A stretch of DNA of 64,000 bases, from contig CAJUSI010000010.1 in NCBI GenBank assembly GCA_910589035.1, positions 3,863 through 67,862 of the forward strand, written 5' to 3'. The notes beneath the pieces were generated by a model. The model was given only the letters and a program-made list of their open reading frames with translations, was not told the DNA's origin and made no database searches. A program made the position numbers and the translations under genes. The stretch comes from an uncultured Acetatifactor sp. Its GTDB lineage: Bacteria; Bacillota; Clostridia; Lachnospirales; Lachnospiraceae. This document shows positions 48,898-58,100 of the stretch, piece by piece (the stretch's first letter is position 1; the number at the start of each line of letters is the position of its first letter).

Positions 48898-50202
48898 ATG
48901 GATATGTTACAAAAGGCAATAGAAGAAATTACATATTTCAGTGATATTTTTCCGGAAGAGGAATTTCAGGTCATTACAGCGAATAAAGAGGAGGCGGTTC
49001 CATATCTGCGGGAGGCTGTGGAATATGTATTGCGCAATAGGACAGAACTGGAGGAAGACTATCAGCTTTACTTTTATGCCATATATCTTTTGGCGGAATT
49101 TGGGGACAGGGAGAGCTTTCCGAGGATTGTGGAGCTTGCCTCTCTGCCTGACAGGGAGGCGGATGCGCTGCTTGGAGACTGCATTACTTCGGATTTGTCC
49201 GACATACTTTACAATACCTTTGACGGCAATCTGGAGCTGTTGGAAAGGACTATAAAAAATGCAGATGTGAACGTATATGTGAGAGCGGCCATGCTGGATG
49301 TAGTGGGACAGCTGTATCTGGACGGAATTTTGCAGGAAGGAGAGTGGAAGGATTTTTTACGGCAGAATGTGTATTGTGGAAGGGAGTATGACTATCTTTA
49401 TGACGCGGTGGGCTGTATGCTGTGCCAATGCCATTTTTATGACATGCTTCCGGAAATCCGTTACATGTTTGAAAATAATCTTTTGGACGAAATATCGATG
49501 GGAAAGTATGATTCCTATGTGGATGCCATGTTTGAATACAGGGAGAACGAAAAAGCTTTTTGCAGGGATTCCTTTTACGCCGCAGATACTCTGCGGGGAT
49601 GGGCAATGTTTAGGGAAGAGCCGGAGAAGGAAGCAGCTGATAAAAAAGACTTCGCTAAAATGCTCTGTAAGCTGGATAAGGAACGGGGGAATCCGGGCAG
49701 AAGGGTGAAAACCGGAAGAAATGATCCCTGTCCCTGCGGAAGCGGAAAGAAATATAAATTCTGCTGTCTGAATAAGCCCGCAGATGAAATGGATTTGATC
49801 GAAAGTCTGGAAGAACGCGGCAAATGTCTGAAATCCTATCCCTATACAGGACAGGAAAGAGTGGAGGGCAGGATATACCTTGCGGATTATTTCGACGAGG
49901 TCAGTATTGAAATTGATAAGATTCTGTATCTGGCCCTGATGAATCGGCCGGCCTTTATCTGGAATAGAAACAAACCGGCGGAAGAAAAGAGGATGAGGGA
50001 GTATCTGTACCTTGCCTATCAAAAGCTGGCGGCAAGGATGAAGGAGGAGCAGATCCGGACTTTTGCCGAATATGATGAAAAATATAGTATCCATTACCGC
50101 TGCGAAGAGTGGACGGACAGCTTGTGTGAGCTTTTGAAGAAGAACTATGAAATCGAGAAATATAATGAGGTCGCCGGATTTATTGCTGAGAGGAACAGGT
50201 GA
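48898..50202 (+). CDS. DUF1186-like protein with an internal SEC-C motif
   Basis: YAIYLLAEF...LLGDCITSDL; GRNDPCPCGSGKKYKFCC. Confidence 0.75.
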   Translation: MDMLQKAIEEITYFSDIFPEEEFQVITANKEEAVPYLREAVEYVLRNRTELEEDYQLYFYAIYLLAEFGDRESFPRIVELASLPDREADALLGDCITSDLSDILYNTFDGNLELLERTIKNADVNVYVRAAMLDVVGQLYLDGILQEGEWKDFLRQNVYCGREYDYLYDAVGCMLCQCHFYDMLPEIRYMFENNLLDEISMGKYDSYVDAMFEYRENEKAFCRDSFYAADTLRGWAMFREEPEKEAADKKDFAKMLCKLDKERGNPGRRVKTGRNDPCPCGSGKKYKFCCLNKPADEMDLIESLEERGKCLKSYPYTGQERVEGRIYLADYFDEVSIEIDKILYLALMNRPAFIWNRNKPAEEKRMREYLYLAYQKLAARMKEEQIRTFAEYDEKYSIHYRCEEWTDSLCELLKKNYEIEKYNEVAGFIAERNR

Positions 50203-50233
50203 TTTTGCGGGGCTGTTTCATATTATTTTTCTG

Positions 50234-50299
50234 TTGACAAAAAGAATCATATAAGGTACAATTTGATATAAATAATGTACCTTATATGATTCTTTTTGT
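50234..50299 (+). promoter_or_regulatory. SigmaA promoter overlapped by a perfect 24-bp inverted repeat
   Basis: TTGACA-N17-TACAAT; arms 50237-50260 and 50276-50299. Confidence 0.8.
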
Positions 50300-50317
50300 A
50301 AAGGAGGAAGGAATAGA

Positions 50318-51031
50318 TTGAATGAAGGAATAGAGGTATTCTTAAACGGAGGAGAAAAGGAAGGAAGAAAACCGGAAAAGCTGATCAGGAGAATTGACAG
50401 CTTTCTGCTGGATTACGGGCTTGCATACAGCGGTGTCAGGAACCTGTACATACCGACAGAGGCGGCCGGCAGGGATCATGCGGTATTCGCCGCGTGCGAT
50501 GCCTTGAAGAAAGCAGACTGGCTGAAGGACGGGCTGGCGTATGTCTCTGTCATGAACCAGACGGATGTATGTCCGCTGGAGCAGATAAGGCCGGACGATA
50601 TGTCGGAACCCTCCGCGGCAAAACTGGCTTATTATGAGGAATATTACAGGTCCTCCCGCGAGCTGGCCCACGGAATCGTAGTGGATGAGGAGAGAAAGCT
50701 GAGGGATGGATATATTTCCTATCTTCTTGCCGGGAAATATGGGATCCGCCCGGATATTTACGAAGCGCTTGCGGGCAGCCCTCTGAGGAAAGTGGTTAAG
50801 GGACGTCATGCGGTGCAGGACGGGGGGACATGGAGGATAAAGAAGGGCAGAAGGTATTCCTGGACATACTCTCTTAAGGCGCCGGTAGTCCCCGGTGACA
50901 TCTTAAAGGTGCGCACGAAAAAGGGACAGATGTATATGTGTGTGGAGCAAATTGCGTATGTGACGGGAGAGGAGTTCTGCGCTGATTACTCTGCCGTTAT
51001 TAAGCATATGAAAAAGCGTTTAAAAATATAG
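50318..51031 (+). CDS. Hypothetical protein, possibly VapD-like + ParB-like + DUF5839-like domains
   Basis: AAGGAGG RBS with TTG start; GIVVDEERKLRDGYISYL resembles a ParB-N motif; PGDILKVRTKKG C-terminus. Confidence 0.6.
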   Translation: MNEGIEVFLNGGEKEGRKPEKLIRRIDSFLLDYGLAYSGVRNLYIPTEAAGRDHAVFAACDALKKADWLKDGLAYVSVMNQTDVCPLEQIRPDDMSEPSAAKLAYYEEYYRSSRELAHGIVVDEERKLRDGYISYLLAGKYGIRPDIYEALAGSPLRKVVKGRHAVQDGGTWRIKKGRRYSWTYSLKAPVVPGDILKVRTKKGQMYMCVEQIAYVTGEEFCADYSAVIKHMKKRLKI

Positions 51032-51047
51032 GGGGAAACAGAAGAAC

Positions 51048-51320
51048 ATGGGACGCGGAATGGATTATATTTATTTGGCCGACGACCAGAAGACATTGAT
51101 AGAGGTATGCCAGAGGGATACGCGTAAGAATGTGGTGGCGCAATACGTCCGGATCAGGAAAGAGAAGGGGATTACGCAGGCAGAGCTGGCCAGGCGCACC
51201 GGGATTCCGCGGACGAATATTACACGGTTTGAAAGCGGCGGTTATAATCCGTCATTGGAAATGATGGTGCGGATTGCGGCGGCGCTGGGCATGAAGCTGC
51301 AGATTGATTTGGTGGAGTGA
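51048..51320 (+). CDS. XRE-family transcriptional regulator
   Basis: RKEKGITQAELARRTGIPRTNITRFESG..PSLE. Confidence 0.9.
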   Translation: MGRGMDYIYLADDQKTLIEVCQRDTRKNVVAQYVRIRKEKGITQAELARRTGIPRTNITRFESGGYNPSLEMMVRIAAALGMKLQIDLVE

Positions 51321-51329
51321 ATGGGCCGG

Positions 51330-52107
51330 AAGCATAAAGGATGAATATGAACTGAAATTGACAAATCTGGAAGTTCAGGTGATGCTTGAGAGGCTGATAG
51401 AGGGATGGTTTGGAAGGTGCAGCTATGTCAATAATCCATTTTTGAAAGCATTGCTTCTGGGAGACTTGAAAGCGATGAATACCTATGTGAATAAGGTGGT
51501 TCTGCAGACATTCAGCTGCTTTGATACAGGGGCCGACGCTTCGGCGCAGGAGCCGGAACAATGCGAAGCGGATGCATCACATTGTTACCATGGTTTTGTG
51601 CTGGGGATGATGGTGGAGCTGGCAGACAAGTATGTGCTGACTTCTAACCGCGAGAGAGGATTCGGCAGGTATGATGTGATGCTGGAGCCAAGGCAGGAAA
51701 ATGAAATCCCGCACATTTCAGGTCTGGAAGCAGCTGCCAATAATCGCGAAAGAGATGCGATAAAAAATAATCGCGAAAGAGATGCGATTATTATAGAATT
51801 TAAGGTGCAGTACTCGGATATGGAAGCGGAGCTGGCTGATACGGTGAAGGAAGCGCTGAAGCAGATTGAGGAAAAACAGTATGAAGCCATATTGCGGGCA
51901 AGAGGTATTCCGGCAGAACAAATTAAAAAGTATGGCTTTGCATTCTGTGGGAAAAAGGTTCTGATTGGGAGAGCGCAGCCGGATACCCTGTATGATTTCT
52001 ATGTGGCGGGAAGAGGGCATAAGAAGATAAACTTTGGCAGTGTTATCTATCATCGGCAACAATGCCGCAGTGCGGCAGACGGGAAAGGCGCAGGGGGAAC
52101 AGGTTAG
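51330..52107 (+). pseudogene. 3' fragment of an AAA-ATPase/PD-(D/E)XK nuclease (PDDEXK_9-like)
   Basis: LTNLEV, YHGFVLG, SNRERGFGRYDVML, IIEFK, ALKQIEEKQY, YGFAFCGK; no ATPase half; 27-bp duplication at 51739-51792. Confidence 0.8.
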
Positions 52108-52205
52108 TATCAGAACGATATTTAGGGCGTAGTGCTTTTTTGAGGTGAATGTCCCGGAATGGTTTATTATAGTTATAAAAAAGCCCAAACCAGCCCCCCA
52201 ATCCA

Positions 52206-52235
52206 GTCATACCCTCCCCCAATCCCTCATACAAT
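52206..52235 (+). promoter_or_regulatory. SigmaE-type promoter of spoIIID
   Basis: GTCATA-N16-CATACAAT. Confidence 0.7.
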
Positions 52236-52264
52236 GGTAAAAAGTATTCTTGAGGGGTATTCCT

Positions 52265-52528
52265 TTGAAGGATTATATCGAAGAACGTGCCATCGGTATC
52301 GCCAATTATATCATCGACAACAATGCCACGGTGCGGCAGACGGCGAAAGCGTACGGGGTGAGTAAAAGTACGGTACATAAGGACGTAACCGAACGCCTGG
52401 CTCAGGTCAACCCCGCTTTGGCGGCGGAAGCCAGGAAGGTGCTGGATGTAAACAAATCCGAACGGCACATCAGGGGAGGACTTGCTACAAAGGAAAAATA
52501 TCTGCATCAGCAGAACGGTGCAATATGA
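52265..52528 (+). CDS. spoIIID: Sporulation transcriptional regulator SpoIIID
   Basis: KDYIEER...TVRQTAKAYGVSKSTVHKDVTERL...RHIRGGLATKEKY. Confidence 0.95.
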   Translation: MKDYIEERAIGIANYIIDNNATVRQTAKAYGVSKSTVHKDVTERLAQVNPALAAEARKVLDVNKSERHIRGGLATKEKYLHQQNGAI

Positions 52529-52724
52529 TAGAATTGGCCTCGGATTGCATCCTGCAGGAAATTTTTCCGGCAGGAGAACAGCTTCAGGAAAAGAGCGCAG
52601 CATAAAGGATTTTTGCGCGCAAATGCGCAGGGCAGAAGCAGCCGCACGGCGCATTTGCAGCGCAGAATTCCAGACTCGTCATTTCGGATCCATTTATTTT
52701 GCGCCAGCTATGCTTTTTTGAAGA

Positions 52725-52812
52725 AGCCCCGTCCCTTTCGCAGGCCAGCTTCATCCCTTTCGCAGGCCAGCTTCGTCCCTTTTGCAGGTAAGCCCCGTCC
52801 TTTCCTCAAGCC
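52725..52812. repeat. 22-bp degenerate tandem repeat x4
   Basis: AGCYYCRTCCCTTTYGCAGGYM units. Confidence 0.8.
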
Positions 52813-52839
52813 GGATCCGGTTTCCTTTTCAGGATAGCG

Positions 52840-53193
52840 TCAGCTTTCCTGTTTATTTGCGGTAGCTACAATATTGCTGCCAAAGACATCGGCCAAAAGT
52901 ATGTCTCCGATGGAAACGGGCAGGGACGCTGTGCAGGAATCGATCAGTTCCATGCAGTCCATCATTTTTTCCTTGGGAATGGGGCGGTCCGTTTTTACGG
53001 GCAATCTTTCCCCGTTATCGCAGCGCATGGTGGTGGTCAGTGTTCTCTCGGGATGGGTGATTTCAGCTTCCGCGTACGCGGCGCCTCTCCTGCAGGTATT
53101 GCCTGAAATCTCAGTAATTCGGGCTCCTTCCGACTTTACGGTGATGGAGCAGCCCATGGGACAAATGATACAGGTAATCTTTCGCTCAGTCAT
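52840..53193 (-). CDS. DUF1667 CxxC protein
   Basis: CIICPMGC...GNTCRRG...PERTLTTT. Confidence 0.85.
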   Translation of the reverse strand: MTERKITCIICPMGCSITVKSEGARITEISGNTCRRGAAYAEAEITHPERTLTTTMRCDNGERLPVKTDRPIPKEKMMDCMELIDSCTASLPVSIGDILLADVFGSNIVATANKQES

Positions 53194-53275
53194 GCTTCTG
53201 ATTCCTCCAAGTTCAAATTCGGAGTAGAAACGGCTTTAATTTTAACTCCTGTGCCGGCTTCAATGCCTACTCCTA

Positions 53276-54520
53276 CTACAACTTCTGCTCCGGTTCCAGT
53301 TCCAGCTTCAGCTCCGCACCTTGGTGTAAAAATTCCTTTCTCATCCGGATGCTCTCCATTTCACCCGGTGTCATCCGGGGCTTCCTGGCGGTATAAATGA
53401 CATTACCTCTGTCCAGGAGATTTAACCTGACATTCTGATATCTGTCTCTTACCCGGAAGAAGACGGTGAAATCCTCCGCCCGGGTAATTCGCTGGGGCAC
53501 GGTGTAGCGTATCCGGCTGTCTACGGCAAGAGAAAGAGAAAGTTCCGGCTTCGGTTTCCGTTCCAGATAAGCTGCGGCGCTTCGGCCTGCGATCTCGGCT
53601 TCCTGGGACACAAAATCCACCAGATCATGGACATGGAGTACATTGCCGCAGGCAAAGATACCTTCCCGGGAGGTTTGCCGGTCCTGGTCCACCAGGGCGC
53701 CTCCGGTGACAGGATCCATCTCGATTCCCGCCATCAGGGAGAGCTCGTTTTCCGGAATCAGCCCCACGGACAGAAGCAGGGTATCGCAGGGAATATATTC
53801 CCGGGTATCCTCCAAAGGTTTCCGGTTCTCATCCACCGCTGCGATGGTGACGCCCTCTATCCGCTTCCGGCCATGGATCTGCACTACGGTATGGCTCAGC
53901 AGCAAAGGAATGTTAAAATCGCGGAGGCACTGCTCAATGTTCCTTGCCAGTCCGCCGGAATAGGGCATCAGCTCGCAAACGGCCTTTACTCTGGCGCCCT
54001 CCAGCGTCATGCGGCGGGCCATGATGAGCCCGATATCCCCGGAACCCAGGATCACGGCTTCCCTTCCGGGCAGACAGCCCTTCTGGTTCACCAGCTTCTG
54101 GGCGGTTCCTGCGCTGTAGATTCCCGCAGGGCGTGTGCCCGCAATGTTCAAAGCGCCCCTGGGCCGTTCTCTGCAACCCATGCAGAGGATAACGGCTCCG
54201 GCCTGGATGGAGAAAATGCCTTCCTCCTCATTGGCGGCTGTAATTATCCTGCCGGGGGTGACGGAGAGCACCATGGTTCGATATTTTACGGGAATCCCCA
54301 GCTCCTGTATTATTTTTTCATATTTCCAGGCATATTCCGGCCCGGTAAGCTCCTCGCCGAAGCGGTGAAGCCCGAAGCCGTTGTGGATGCATTGCTGCAA
54401 GATTCCGCCCAGATGCTCGTCCCGCTCCAGCATGAGGATATCCCTGACTCCGCTTTCATAGGCCGCAACGGCGGCGCTCATTCCGGCGGGGCCGCCTCCG
54501 ATGATAACCAAATCCGTCAT
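53276..54520 (-). CDS. FAD-dependent pyridine nucleotide-disulfide oxidoreductase
   Basis: GGGPAG, QCIHNGFG, ELTGPEY, GSGDIGLIMARR, CGNVLHVHD. Confidence 0.88.
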   Translation of the reverse strand: MTDLVIIGGGPAGMSAAVAAYESGVRDILMLERDEHLGGILQQCIHNGFGLHRFGEELTGPEYAWKYEKIIQELGIPVKYRTMVLSVTPGRIITAANEEEGIFSIQAGAVILCMGCRERPRGALNIAGTRPAGIYSAGTAQKLVNQKGCLPGREAVILGSGDIGLIMARRMTLEGARVKAVCELMPYSGGLARNIEQCLRDFNIPLLLSHTVVQIHGRKRIEGVTIAAVDENRKPLEDTREYIPCDTLLLSVGLIPENELSLMAGIEMDPVTGGALVDQDRQTSREGIFACGNVLHVHDLVDFVSQEAEIAGRSAAAYLERKPKPELSLSLAVDSRIRYTVPQRITRAEDFTVFFRVRDRYQNVRLNLLDRGNVIYTARKPRMTPGEMESIRMRKEFLHQGAELKLELEPEQKL

Positions 54521-55956
54521 TCCCTGCTCCCTTCTTTTGTTCTGCCGGTACAGATTTCCGAGCCTGCTCCCGATTTTGTGACGGCTTCATAGGGGATGCC
54601 CAGTTCTCTTGCGAGAATCTCCGCAAGATAGGGCATACAGAAGCCGCCCTGGCATCTTCCCATCTGCGCCCGGGTCCGGCGTTTGATGCCGTCCAGATCA
54701 CGGGCGGGAGGATTGGCGCGTATGGCCGCGATAATCTCTCCCTCCGTAACGGTTTCGCAGCGGCAGACGACTCTGCCATAGGATTTATCCCGGCGGATCC
54801 ACTGGTTTTTCTCCTCCGGGGAGGCATTGCGGAAGGCGTAAGCGGGCTCTCGAATGGGCTGAAAATCCTCTTTTCTGCGCAGACGCATTCCCTGTTTCTT
54901 TAACAGCTCCACAATGTATTCCGCTATGGCAGGAGCGGCAGACAGTCCCGGAGATTCGATGCCGGCGGCGTTGACAAAGCCCTGCATGGGGGAGGTGAGG
55001 ATGAAATCTCCGGTATTTCCCACGGCACGGAGGCCGCAGAAGGAAGTAATCACTTTATTATAAGGAAGACTTTTCAGATTTTCCCCTGCCAGGGCCAGAA
55101 TGCGCTCCAGTCCGCTCGCCGTGGTGGAAAAATCTTCCTTATCCTCCGTATCCTGAGAGGTGGGACCCAGCAGGAGATTGCCGTCCACGGTAGGAGTGAT
55201 CAGGATTCCCTTTCCCCTTTCGGAAGGTGTCCGGAAAATGGTGTGGGACACCAGGCTGCCGCACTCCCTGTCCAACAGCAGGTACTCGCCCCGGCGGGGG
55301 CGGAGCCGTATGGAGGAATCTCCGGCCATGGCTGCCACTTCATCCCCGTGGATACCGGCGGCATTTACAACATATGCGGCGGAAATGCTTTGAGTATCGG
55401 AGGAGATTTCAAACACGCCTTCCTTTTTCTCTATGTGTTTTACCTCAAAATTACAAAACAGCTCTGCACCGTTGTCCATGGCATTGCCCACTGCGGCGAT
55501 GGCAAGCTCATAGGGGCAGATAATGGCGCAGGAAGGGGCGTAAAGGGCGCAGGTGACACAGTCGGAAAGGTCGGGCTCCAGTTCCTGCACCCGGACGCCC
55601 TCCAGGATCTGCATCCCGCTGACGCCGTTTGACAGACCCCGGAGATATAATTTCCGGATCGTCTCCCGGTCCTCCTCCCCGAAGCCTATGACCAGAGAAC
55701 CGTTTCTGCGATAGGGGACGCCCAGCTCTCCGGCGATCCTTTCCATCATCAGAGAGCCCTGGACGTTCAGCCGGGCCTTCAGGCTGCCCTCCGGAGCATC
55801 GTACCCGGCGTGGACAATGCCGGAGTTGGCGCAGGTGGTTCCCGCTGCCGCATCATGTTCCTTTTCCAGAATGCAGATGCTCAGGTCATATGCCGACAGG
55901 GCCCTGGCCAGCATGCCGCCCACAACGCCTGCACCTATAATCGCGATATCATACAT
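54517..55956 (-). CDS. FAD-dependent oxidoreductase with a BFD-like [2Fe-2S] domain (glycerol-3-phosphate dehydrogenase GlpA / LhgO-like)
   Basis: IIGAGVVG, ANSGIVHAG, GIESPGL, CRCE...GRCQGGFC. Confidence 0.88.
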   Translation of the reverse strand: MYDIAIIGAGVVGGMLARALSAYDLSICILEKEHDAAAGTTCANSGIVHAGYDAPEGSLKARLNVQGSLMMERIAGELGVPYRRNGSLVIGFGEEDRETIRKLYLRGLSNGVSGMQILEGVRVQELEPDLSDCVTCALYAPSCAIICPYELAIAAVGNAMDNGAELFCNFEVKHIEKKEGVFEISSDTQSISAAYVVNAAGIHGDEVAAMAGDSSIRLRPRRGEYLLLDRECGSLVSHTIFRTPSERGKGILITPTVDGNLLLGPTSQDTEDKEDFSTTASGLERILALAGENLKSLPYNKVITSFCGLRAVGNTGDFILTSPMQGFVNAAGIESPGLSAAPAIAEYIVELLKKQGMRLRRKEDFQPIREPAYAFRNASPEEKNQWIRRDKSYGRVVCRCETVTEGEIIAAIRANPPARDLDGIKRRTRAQMGRCQGGFCMPYLAEILARELGIPYEAVTKSGAGSEICTGRTKEGSRE

Positions 55957-56047
55957 ATGGAATCCTTTCGTCAATTGAGTGAAATAAAGCCTGTATTCTG
56001 ATTGTAACATATTCTGCCGGGAAACGCCATCGGTCTGCCTCCGGTAA

Positions 56048-56131
56048 TTCGGGAAATATTTTCCGAAAAAAATCAACGCTCTGTAAACGCCGCTGACACG
56101 CATATGAAATTTCGGGAAATATTTTTCGGAA
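56048..56131. promoter_or_regulatory. Two palindromic operator-like sites 63 bp apart
   Basis: TTCGGGAAATATTTTCCGAA (56048) and TTCGGGAAATATTTTTCGGAA (56111). Confidence 0.65.
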
Positions 56132-56463
56132 AATTATACTATCTGAAAATGCCATCCATTGGTTTAAAAGCAGGTTACTCAACCATAGTTAGAACGAAAT
56201 AGAATTTACGTCGATTGCACAAAATAAATAGCTGATATATACTGGATTTATCAGCTGATAAGAGAAAGGGAATCTAATGTCGGTTGAACGACTGCCCATT
56301 ATGCCGGACAGAGCGGAATTAGGATTATGCCCCAATGCCGGTATCCGGAGTGTCCGTGTTGATTCCCGCAGGCAATAGGCCAGGCAGACATGCCTGTACA
56401 AATCGGAATCGCAATAAGCCCGGGAAATGCAGCGTGGAGATTCCGGGAGGATGTAACAACTGG

Positions 56464-56582
56464 CTCTCGGAATCTTCTGGCAAAACGGCGGTTTCTGATT
56501 CGGGGTTTCCGTAAAGGGCGGGGGAATGTATCAAAATGGTGCCCTGGAAGCCGCATAAAATAAGGCCTGGAGATTTCGAGAG
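56464..56582. repeat. Dispersed ~120-bp repeat with terminal inverted repeats, copy 2
   Basis: Colinear with 6002-6121; an extra right end GGAGATTCCGGGAGG at ~56436. Confidence 0.85.
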
Positions 56583-56610
56583 CAAATAACAAAAACAGGG
56601 AGGAAAGAAA

Positions 56611-57666
56611 ATGGATATCGGAAAACAGATCAGGAATTTACGCATTGCAAAGGGAGTGAAGCAGGAGGAGCTGGCGGAATACCTTGGAGTGTCCTTTCAG
56701 GCTGTGTCGAAATGGGAGACAGGCGCCAGCGTGCCGGACATTGCCCTGCTGCCCAATATCGCCGTATACTTTGGAGTCAGCATTGACGAGCTGTTCCAGA
56801 TTCCCAACGAGGCGGAGTTCGAACGCATCGAAAATATGTTCTGGCAGGAGAGGCGGATTCCGGCCGCTGTATTCGACCATTGCGTCCGCTTTCTGGAGGG
56901 CGTGATCAGGGAGGAGCCGAAGAATGTGAGGGCGCACAGCTGCCTGGCTTATCTGTACAACCACAGAGCGGCCAGCGATCACGAAACGGCCGGCGAATAC
57001 GCCAGAAAGGTACTGGAGCTGGATCCCAACGACAAGTCCGGATGGGTGGCTTTCCTGGAGGCGAAGAACGGCGTGTGCGGGGACGAGTGGTATGACAATC
57101 ACTTCGAAGTCATCGAATATTTTGAAGAATTCCTCAGGAAGAATCCGGGAAATTACTGGGGCCTCTATGCGGTTATCGAGAACCTGCTGGACGACGGGAG
57201 ATTTGATGAGGCGCTTCCCTATATTGAGCAGATGCGGAGTGTGGAAGGCACACACCAGTATGAGGTCTACATGGGGGATGTGATGTTCGGCAGAGGTAAC
57301 TGTGAGGAGGCCATGGAATACTGGAATGAGGCCGTGGAGCATTTTCCCGAAAGGTGGCAGGCCTATTGCGACCGGGCGGACCGGCTGAAGAAGCTTGGAA
57401 GGTACGAGGAGGCTATCGCCGATTACGAGAAATGCTTTGCCATTCAGAAGCCGCCCAGGATATCGGACGGACTGTACTCTCTGGCCCAGGTTCACGAGCA
57501 GCTGGGAGATTATGATGCCGCCATCCATGACAGGCAGCGCATTATCAAATGCCTGAAGGAGGAGTACCAGACCTTTTCCGGGGAGAGCATCGACAGCCAG
57601 AAGAGGGAAATTGAACGCCTCAGAAAGCGGAATGCGCAGGATTTCGCTATAATGCCTTCCATTTGA
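56611..57666 (+). CDS. XRE HTH plus tetratricopeptide-repeat regulator
   Basis: QEELAEYLGVSFQAVSKWETG; several TPR-like helical repeats. Confidence 0.87.
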   Translation: MDIGKQIRNLRIAKGVKQEELAEYLGVSFQAVSKWETGASVPDIALLPNIAVYFGVSIDELFQIPNEAEFERIENMFWQERRIPAAVFDHCVRFLEGVIREEPKNVRAHSCLAYLYNHRAASDHETAGEYARKVLELDPNDKSGWVAFLEAKNGVCGDEWYDNHFEVIEYFEEFLRKNPGNYWGLYAVIENLLDDGRFDEALPYIEQMRSVEGTHQYEVYMGDVMFGRGNCEEAMEYWNEAVEHFPERWQAYCDRADRLKKLGRYEEAIADYEKCFAIQKPPRISDGLYSLAQVHEQLGDYDAAIHDRQRIIKCLKEEYQTFSGESIDSQKREIERLRKRNAQDFAIMPSI

Positions 57667-57760
57667 AATCTTGTGCTTTGAAGTCGTGTATGAAATCGAT
57701 GAAGATTCGGTATAGAACTTAAGCTCAAAGCATGTTATAGTAGAAGGGAGATAAGTAAGA

Positions 57761-57995
57761 GATAATAAAAATAACTATGTGGAACCTGACATTTTCGTTA
57801 TCTGTGATAAAGATAAAATAAATGATAAGGGCTGCAAAGGTCCGGGAATACTGGATTGTGAATTCTTTAAAGCAAACGGTAACAGTTTATGATTTTGAGC
57901 ATGAGAGGGAAACCGGGCAATATTCTTTTGATAATACGATTTCCGTATGCACATACGATGACTTGAATATCAATATTGCAGAATTGCTTTCATAG
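57761..57995 (+). pseudogene. Uma2-family endonuclease remnant with an internal deletion
   Basis: YVEPDIFVICDKDK...GCKG joined out of frame to VREYWIVN...VTVYDF. Confidence 0.7.
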
Positions 57996-58100
57996 ACAGT
58001 GAAATTCCGGCAAAGATGCCGTGAGCCGTAAATATTCCGGGGTATGAGAAAACGGGGAAACATGGATGAATGCCTGTGAAAGCGGGCAGGGGTAATAAAC

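Noticed and set aside
26318..52107. AAA half and nuclease half as a single gene split by a 24-kb insertion
   Set aside because: Both fragments appear to include the equivalent IPNxEV/LTNxEV segment, and core genes lie between them, so they look like separate paralogs
52046..52357. Diversity-generating retroelement TR/VR pair
   Set aside because: Mismatches are not restricted to adenines, the match is short and no reverse transcriptase is present
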